Assembly: GCA_964562675.1 (NCBI GenBank)
Contig: CAZLUG010000002.1
Location: forward strand, 5,852-69,851
Length of the DNA: 64,000 nucleotides
Source: an uncultured Candidatus Saccharibacteria bacterium
GTDB lineage: Bacteria > Patescibacteriota > Minisyncoccia > Minisyncoccales > CG1-02-41-26
Direction: 5' to 3'
Numbering within the stretch: position 1 is the stretch's first letter; the number at the start of each line of letters is the position of its first letter. Made by a program: the position numbers and the translations under genes. Positions 57,839 to 64,000 of the stretch are shown here, piece after piece. The notes beneath the pieces were generated by a model. It searched no databases, was not told the origin of the DNA, and saw only the letters and a list, made by a program, of their open reading frames with translations.

Positions 57839-59482
57839 ATGGAAATTGGGGCTTTAATTTCGATTATTGTAAGTTTAATCAACTTCTTTTTTGGGTTATT
57901 CATCCTGATAAAAAACTCTAAAGATTTATCAAGTAAGCTTTATTTTATTTTATCTACCTCAGCTTCTATTTGGGCATTAGCCGTTGGATTAGGCAGAATA
58001 TCTCAATCTTTCCCTACCTTACTATTATGGGAAAAAATCTCTTACATAGGGGGAATTGGGACGGCTCTTTTCTTTTTCTACTTTTCTATTGTTTTCCCTT
58101 TCTTTAGCTTCTTTCGGATTCGCAAAAAGAATAATCTAGCTCTTTCTGTTTTAGTATTGCCTCTCATTCTTTTCGTTTTTTTGTTAAAAATAATTATTTT
58201 CAACTTTGATACCTTCGTACAAAATGTGGCATTTGCGAGTTCCTCTAAATACGTAATCGCCAGTATCATATTCAAGTTCGGTAAAAATTATACTCTCTAC
58301 GTTCTATTTATTCCTGTCCTATTCGGGTTAGCATTAATTAATCTATTCCTTAAATATAAAAAAGCTACCCATACTGAAAAAGCACAAATATTTTTTGTTA
58401 TCTTAGGAACTTCAATTTCTTTGTTTTCAGCAATATTTTTAAACCTTATACCTAGAAGGAACATTCTTGAGTATAATTATCTTGCTCCAAGTTTCATATT
58501 AGCAACTGTTATATCTATCGCTTATGCCATTACAAAACACCATCTCTTTAATATTAAGGTTATTCTTACAGAATTATTTGTTGGATTGATTTCATTCTTT
58601 CTACTTGTAAAAGTATTCATAGGACAAAATACTACCGAGCGATTACTTTGGTTACTCATTACTATCATTTTTCTTTATCTTGGTTATTCATTAATCAAAA
58701 GTGTCTGGAGAGAAATAAAAAGGCGGAAGAAATTAGAAATTTTAACACACCAACTAGAAAAAGCTAATGCGGAATTAAAACGGATAGACAAATCTAAAAC
58801 AGAGTTTTTGTCTATGGCCTCTCACCAATTAAGAACACCTCTCACCGCTATCAAGGGATATATTTCAATGTCTTTAGAGGGGGATTACGGTCAACTCTCT
58901 GAAAGAGAGAAACGAGTTCTAAAAAACGTTTACCAATCAAATGAAAGGTTAATCAATATCGTAAACGATTTATTAAATATTTCACGAATTGATTTGGGGA
59001 AAATGGAGCTTAAGAAAGCACCAGTTCGAATCAATAAACTTATAGAAAGTATTTCTCAAGAATTTCAGGAAAAATTTAAAGAAAAAAATCTGAAATTTAT
59101 ATTCCAAAAATCTAAAGAACCTTTGCCAGAAATTGAAGCTGATGCTCTAAAAATTTCTCAAGTGATATCTAATCTTTTAGACAACGCTTTGAAATATACA
59201 CGTAAAGGTTCTATTGTGATTGCTTCTAAATTTGACCCGCTGAAAAAGATTATTTTGATATCTGTTCAAGATACTGGCGAAGGGTTAAATAAAGAAGAAA
59301 AAGGGAAAATATTTGAGAGTTTTGTGAGAGGGTCAGCTGGAATTAATGACTGGGTACAAGGAGTTGGGTTGGGGCTTTGTGTGGCAAAACGTTATGTAGA
59401 ACTTCACCACGGAAAGATTTGGGTAGAATCTGCCGGGAAGGGGAGAGGCGCTACTTTCTATGTTGCACTACCGGTAAAATAA
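57839..59482 (+). CDS. 7TM sensor histidine kinase
   Basis: TM sensor region; H-box ASHQLRTPL, N-box NLLDNALKY, G1 DTGEG, F-box IFESF, G2 GVGLGL. Confidence 0.93.
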   Translation: MEIGALISIIVSLINFFFGLFILIKNSKDLSSKLYFILSTSASIWALAVGLGRISQSFPTLLLWEKISYIGGIGTALFFFYFSIVFPFFSFFRIRKKNNLALSVLVLPLILFVFLLKIIIFNFDTFVQNVAFASSSKYVIASIIFKFGKNYTLYVLFIPVLFGLALINLFLKYKKATHTEKAQIFFVILGTSISLFSAIFLNLIPRRNILEYNYLAPSFILATVISIAYAITKHHLFNIKVILTELFVGLISFFLLVKVFIGQNTTERLLWLLITIIFLYLGYSLIKSVWREIKRRKKLEILTHQLEKANAELKRIDKSKTEFLSMASHQLRTPLTAIKGYISMSLEGDYGQLSEREKRVLKNVYQSNERLINIVNDLLNISRIDLGKMELKKAPVRINKLIESISQEFQEKFKEKNLKFIFQKSKEPLPEIEADALKISQVISNLLDNALKYTRKGSIVIASKFDPLKKIILISVQDTGEGLNKEEKGKIFESFVRGSAGINDWVQGVGLGLCVAKRYVELHHGKIWVESAGKGRGATFYVALPVK

Positions 59483-59639
59483 TACCTTACTCTCTTACGA
59501 AATTTTATCTAACTACTCTTAAAGAATACCTAATGAGAAGTGTCATTTTTTTCTGGGTATAAGCATTTATTATTACTGAAAGGTATCCGCCATTTCAGTT
59601 TTGTTTTTTATGTTGGTTCTATAATAGTATAAAGTTATT

Positions 59640-60161
59640 ATGTATCTTTTAATTCTGTATCTCTCAATTTTAGGACTAACTATACTATTACTCTCCGGCG
59701 CTCTTTTTGATGCCCCCTGGGTTCCAACTAGAAAAAGAGATTTTGAGCGAATAGCAAAATTAGCAAAATTGCAACCAGGAATATCATTTTATGATTTGGG
59801 TTGCGGCACGGGAGAAATGCTATTTTATTTGTCTTCTAAGTACAAAGTAAATTGTGTAGGCGTGGAAATATCGCCAATTTTATATTTGTATTCAAAAATA
59901 AAATCGCTGTTTTATAAAAGAGTAAAAATCATATACGGCGATTTTTATCAACATAACATATCAAAAGCTGACATTGTATATGCTTTTTTAATGCCTAAAT
60001 CTATGGATAAGCTAAAGAGAAAAATTAAGAAAGAATCAAAAAAAGATGCAAGAATTATAATATCATGTTGGTCGCTTCAAGGTTACAATCCAACGTTAAT
60101 AAGCCAAAAAAATAATAGGATGACATATTATCTATATGGAAAATCCGCTCTATTAAAATAG
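59640..60161 (+). CDS. membrane-anchored class I SAM-dependent methyltransferase (paralogue of 54143)
   Basis: N-terminal TM, DAPWVPT, YDLGCGTG, GVEIS, ADIVYAFL. Confidence 0.88.
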   Translation: MYLLILYLSILGLTILLLSGALFDAPWVPTRKRDFERIAKLAKLQPGISFYDLGCGTGEMLFYLSSKYKVNCVGVEISPILYLYSKIKSLFYKRVKIIYGDFYQHNISKADIVYAFLMPKSMDKLKRKIKKESKKDARIIISCWSLQGYNPTLISQKNNRMTYYLYGKSALLK

Positions 60162-60169
60162 GGCGGATT
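60142..60169 (+). terminator. hairpin spanning the stop codon
   Basis: AATCCGCTCTAT-TAAA-ATAGGGCGGATT stem (one G-U); no clear U-tract. Confidence 0.45.
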
Positions 60170-60254
60170 AGCGTATGGGAAATATGTTTCTTTATTCCCG
60201 ATTGTTTTGCTGTCCTTGCAACTTACACACATCCTTCTGGCAGAGTCTGCTTAG

Positions 60255-60283
60255 AGTCTATCGAAGTTAAACTTCGATAGACT
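60255..60283. repeat. perfect 13-bp inverted repeat
   Basis: AGTCTATCGAAGT-TAA-ACTTCGATAGACT. Confidence 0.9.
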
Positions 60284-60506
60284 TCTTTAATGTTTAATGC
60301 AAAGATAGTATTCTCTCTAAACCAAGACTACCAGTGGCAAAAACCGCTATATATGTGTAAACATTACCTAAAGCATTTGGCAAGAACTAAAAAATTACTT
60401 ATAATAAAAGGAGCGACAGTGAATTTAAAGATTATTTTTTTAAGAGCAATTATTGATAAATTAGTTCCAAAACGCCTTTAACCTTAGAAGATTTCTTTAT
60501 GAATCA

Positions 60507-61169
60507 ATGGGGAATAAAACTAAAAAATTAATCATTCTCGTCAGTCTTTTTAAAAGCAGGATGGGAGCTGTTAAAGATTTATTAGTTTTGTTGGGAAAAG
60601 GGGTAAGAGTAAGAGAGATAGATAAAGAATATCAAGAGAAAAAACTTTTTGGGCCATGGGGATTAGAGGAATTAGCCAAATTATATAAGGGTTTTCCTAA
60701 AGATAAATTACAAACGGCGGCTTTGTATTATTGCCGAAAAAACTTATTGGATGGGCTAAGGGAGCTTGCCGTTAATCTGAAGAAAAAAGGGTTTATTCTC
60801 GGCATTTTAAGCTCAAATCCTCAGTTCATCATTGATTCTCTAAGAAGATTTCTGCCAGTGGATTTTGCTTTTGGCACCCAGTTAGATTTTTGCCAGGGAA
60901 TAGCAAATGGGAAAATTAAAAGAGAACTTAATATGTATGAGAAAAGTGAAATTTTAAGGCGAGAAGAGGAAAAATACAGCATAACCTCGCAGAATGTTAT
61001 GGTTATAGGCCGAGCAACCATAAATCATCTTTTGATGGCAGAAGAAGCAGGAAAATTTATTGGCTTTAATCCGGAAACAGAAAATCTCACTAAAATTATT
61101 AATGCAAACCAAGAAATCAAAAAGTTCTTACTCTTGAAAAATTCATCCCATTTTCCTCAACTTCGTTAA
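60507..61169 (+). CDS. HAD/phosphoserine-phosphatase-like protein lacking catalytic aspartates
   Basis: GL.EL...LKKKG...GILSS, FAFGT.L....G.A.G, K, VMVIG pattern retained; no DxD or GDxxxD. Confidence 0.65.
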   Translation: MGNKTKKLIILVSLFKSRMGAVKDLLVLLGKGVRVREIDKEYQEKKLFGPWGLEELAKLYKGFPKDKLQTAALYYCRKNLLDGLRELAVNLKKKGFILGILSSNPQFIIDSLRRFLPVDFAFGTQLDFCQGIANGKIKRELNMYEKSEILRREEEKYSITSQNVMVIGRATINHLLMAEEAGKFIGFNPETENLTKIINANQEIKKFLLLKNSSHFPQLR

Positions 61170-61255
61170 CACTCAATCGAAGCAACGAGGATAGATCGCT
61201 GCCGTAGCAGTGATTTATTATTACTATTTGAGATTTAAGAGAGGAAAAAGAGTTT

Positions 61256-61876
61256 ATGCAAAATCAAACTAAGAGACTATTCATTGCTGTTAATTTTCAA
61301 AACAAGATTAAGTCAGCTCTAAAAAACCGCCAGCAGGCAATTGAAAGTCTCTTTCCGGAAGAATTAATATCGGCAGGCTTAATTCGTTGGACGAAAATAG
61401 AAAATCTTCATCTGACTTTATGTTTTATTGGCTATGTCAAAATACAATTTATTCCCAAAATAGTATCTGTTGTAAACAATGTAGCCAGCCAATTTTCTCC
61501 TTTTTACCTACAATTTAAAGAAATTCAATATGGACCGCTAAACATTTTGCCTCCGCGAATGATTTGGGCAGATGTAGAACGATCGGAAACCTTATTAAAA
61601 ATTACAGAAAAAATAAAACACCAGCTCGAGGCAATAAATATCCAAAATGAGACAATGCGAAGATTATTTGTTGCTCATGTTACATTGGGAAGGTTAAAGA
61701 GTTGGTTGTGGAGAAGAATTGACGAAGAAGAAAGGCCCAAAATCTCTCAAGAGCTTTCTTTAAGATTTCCGGTAAGGTCAATCGAAATTATGGAAAGTGT
61801 ATTGAAGAGAAAGGGTGCAGAATACAAAATTCTCCAAAGTGCCAGTTTAAACCAAGGGAAGGAAAAAGAAATTTAA
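61256..61876 (+). CDS. thpR: RNA 2',3'-cyclic phosphodiesterase (2H family)
   Basis: RLFIA, NLHLTL.F.G, PR.IW, AHVTLGR, MES.L...G..Y. Confidence 0.9.
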   Translation: MQNQTKRLFIAVNFQNKIKSALKNRQQAIESLFPEELISAGLIRWTKIENLHLTLCFIGYVKIQFIPKIVSVVNNVASQFSPFYLQFKEIQYGPLNILPPRMIWADVERSETLLKITEKIKHQLEAINIQNETMRRLFVAHVTLGRLKSWLWRRIDEEERPKISQELSLRFPVRSIEIMESVLKRKGAEYKILQSASLNQGKEKEI

Positions 61877-61893
61877 AGGTTTATATTTCAACC

Positions 61894-63234
61894 ATGAAAG
61901 TCTATTTTATCGGTATTGGAGGTATCGGCACGTCTGCTTTAGCCCAATATTACCTATCCCAAAACTATAAAGTTAGTGGTTCTGATTTAGTTTCTTCAGA
62001 AATTACTAATTTTCTCCAGAAAAAAGGAGTAAAAATATTTATAGGGAAGCATCAATCAAAAAATTTGCCTCGAGATGCTGACTTTGTAATTCACAGCCCC
62101 GCTGTCAACCAAAATAATCCTGAAATTAAAGAAGCTATTAGAATGCAAGCTCGAAACGGAAATCTTCAGATACTAAGTTATCCTGAGGCCCTGGGTAATT
62201 TAACTAAAAAATATTGGACCATAGCTGTAACTGGCACTCATGGGAAAAGCACAACTACCGCCATGATTGCTCTTCTTTTAATAAAAGCTGGTTTAGACCC
62301 TACTGTGATTATCGGAACAAAGCTTAGAGAATTTTCTAATACCAATTTCCGTTTAGGCAAATCAAAGTATTTAGTTATAGAAGCTTGTGAGTACGCAAAA
62401 TCTTTCCTTAATTATTGGCCAAAAATGATTATCTTGACCAATATTGAGAAAGAACACCTTGATTATTATCAGAATTTGAAAAATGAACTTCAAGGTTTCA
62501 AAGAATTTATCAGTCATCTTCAAAAAAATGGAATATTAATAGCAAATAATGATGATTATAATATTAGAAAAATTCTATCTTTGTTTGCTTTAAAAGCAAA
62601 ACCAAAAATTAAATTTTATTCTTATTCTCAAAAAGAGGGAAAAGATTTAAAGAGTATTTTAAAGGTACCTGGAGATCACAATGTATATAATGCTCTGGCA
62701 GCATTAAGTGCCGCAAGAGCATTAAAAATTCCTGATAAGATTTCTTTCCAGGCTCTTTCACAATATCAAGGAAGCTGGCGGCGCTTCGAACAAAAAAAAC
62801 CAAAAAATAAAAAAATTAAAGCAAAGATTATTTCCGATTATGCTCATCATCCAACCGAAATAAAAGCAACACTTAAAGCAGCAAAAGAAAAGTATCCTAC
62901 CCAAAACATCATTTGTTTTTTCCAACCTCATCAATATCAAAGAACTTATTATTTATTTAAAGATTTTGTGAAAGTATTCAAAGAAACCTTAAAAAAACAA
63001 TGGCTTAAGGAACTGTTTATTACTGATATTTACGATGTTGCTGGCCGAGAAAAAAAGACTATTAAACAAGAAATAAATAGCCGAAAACTTGTACAAGCCG
63101 TCCATAGAGCGGAAGCAATTTATTTGCCAAGCCAAAAATTAGAAAAGCGTTTCAAGGAATTCTTACAAAAAAAAGTGGTAATCATCGTTATGGGAGCGGG
63201 TGATATTTACAAGATAGCCGAAAAACTAAAATAA
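61894..63234 (+). CDS. murC: UDP-N-acetylmuramate--L-alanine ligase
   Basis: FIGIGGIG.SALA, GTHGKSTTT, EACEY, DYAHHP.EI, FQPHQY.RT, MGAGDI. Confidence 0.95.
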   Translation: MKVYFIGIGGIGTSALAQYYLSQNYKVSGSDLVSSEITNFLQKKGVKIFIGKHQSKNLPRDADFVIHSPAVNQNNPEIKEAIRMQARNGNLQILSYPEALGNLTKKYWTIAVTGTHGKSTTTAMIALLLIKAGLDPTVIIGTKLREFSNTNFRLGKSKYLVIEACEYAKSFLNYWPKMIILTNIEKEHLDYYQNLKNELQGFKEFISHLQKNGILIANNDDYNIRKILSLFALKAKPKIKFYSYSQKEGKDLKSILKVPGDHNVYNALAALSAARALKIPDKISFQALSQYQGSWRRFEQKKPKNKKIKAKIISDYAHHPTEIKATLKAAKEKYPTQNIICFFQPHQYQRTYYLFKDFVKVFKETLKKQWLKELFITDIYDVAGREKKTIKQEINSRKLVQAVHRAEAIYLPSQKLEKRFKEFLQKKVVIIVMGAGDIYKIAEKLK

Positions 63235-63273
63235 ACAGAGTTGCAAAATACCCACAATTTTTCTGAGCTTATA

Positions 63274-63302
63274 TTGATTTTACCGAAAAACTTAGCTAAG
63301 AT
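63274..63302 (+). promoter_or_regulatory. sigma70-type promoter of tyrS
   Basis: TTGATT-N17-TAAGAT, 7 nt before ATG 63310. Confidence 0.55.
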
Positions 63303-63309
63303 AGATAAA

Positions 63310-64000
63310 ATGCTTAAACAAACTAGGCAACAAAAAATCAAGGAACTCTTGACAAGAGGAGTGGAAAATGTCATTGAACGAAAAAGCCTTCTGCGAAAGC
63401 TTCATTCGAGCCAGAAATTGCGGATAAAGCACGGCGTTGACCCTACCGGACCTCGAATTCATCTCGGGAGAGCCATTCAATTATGGAAACTGCGGGAGTT
63501 TCAAGAGCTCGGCCATCAAGTAGTGATTATCATTGGTGACTTCACTGCTCAAATTGGCGATGCTTCAGATAAAACAGCGATGAGAAAACCTTTAAGCAAG
63601 GAAGAGGTTGAAAAAAACTTAAAAGATTACAAATATCAAATAGGAAAAATTTTAGACCTCAAAAAAGTGGAGTTTCACCGAAACTCGGAATGGTTAGCAA
63701 ATCTCTCTCTGCAAAAACTTCTTCCGCTGGCAATGAAATTTACGGCTCAGCAAATGATTCAAAGAAGAAACTTTAAAGAAAGATGGGAAAAAGCAAAGCC
63801 CATCGGCGTACACGAACTTTTGTATCCTATTCTTCAAGGGTATGATTCGTTGCAGATTAAAGCTGATGTCGAAATAGGGGGGACAGATCAACTCTTCAAT
63901 TTGAAAGTAGGCAGGGATATTCAAAGGCTTTATGGCCAATCACCTCAAGATATTATGACGACAAAGATGCTTTACGGCCTAGACCAACGCAAAATGTCAA
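63310..64000 (+). CDS. tyrS: tyrosine--tRNA ligase, truncated by the window end (not in the ORF track)
   Basis: Read by hand: LLTRGVE, GVDPTGPRIHLGR, IGDFTAQIGD, YPILQGYDS, EIGGTDQLFNL, GLDQRKMS. Confidence 0.95.
   Translation, partial: MLKQTRQQKIKELLTRGVENVIERKSLLRKLHSSQKLRIKHGVDPTGPRIHLGRAIQLWKLREFQELGHQVVIIIGDFTAQIGDASDKTAMRKPLSKEEVEKNLKDYKYQIGKILDLKKVEFHRNSEWLANLSLQKLLPLAMKFTAQQMIQRRNFKERWEKAKPIGVHELLYPILQGYDSLQIKADVEIGGTDQLFNLKVGRDIQRLYGQSPQDIMTTKMLYGLDQRKMS

Noticed and set aside
60290-60481. 63-aa + strand ORF between the palindrome and the HAD-like gene
   Set aside because: No motif or ribosome-binding site; plausible by chance in AT-rich sequence, so it is left uncalled.
2267-63939. 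Numerous short ORFs antisense to, or overlapping, ribosomal and housekeeping genes in the ORF track
   Set aside because: They are shadows of well-supported genes, with no motifs or independent expression signals.

Overview
Chromosomal segment of a Patescibacteria (CPR) bacterium, probably Parcubacteria. This is inferred from the absence of rpmD/L30 between rpsE and rplO, the truncated AlaRS, AT-rich mostly SD-less leaders and typical CPR hypothetical proteins; TGA is used as a stop, so the code is 11. About 1.8-30.9 kb is the str-S10-spc-alpha-rplM/rpsI ribosomal supercluster, interrupted by a Phd-like ORF and a six-gene block. About 31-49 kb holds cell-wall, DNA-repair, IleRS and AmmeMemoRadiSam genes. 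About 49.5-61.2 kb is an AT-rich accessory island, followed by thpR, murC and a partial tyrS. The best candidate for an undescribed system is that island. It carries a fatty acyl-CoA ligase and a LuxI/FeeM-like acyltransferase, which lies between a complete 7TM histidine kinase and a kinase-less 7TM paralogue. Paired methyltransferases and paired HAD proteins flank this core, suggesting an acyl-signal production and sensing circuit in a lineage generally lacking fatty-acid synthesis. Other notable features are a 63-bp duplication of the rpsD 5' end around a highly structured GC-rich insert, a Phd-like protein with an SSB-like tail between fusA and tuf, a histidine-phosphatase domain inside IleRS, and small self-contained SD-led orphan cassettes that contrast with apparently leaderless housekeeping genes. 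No database searches were possible; family assignments rest on recognised motifs.
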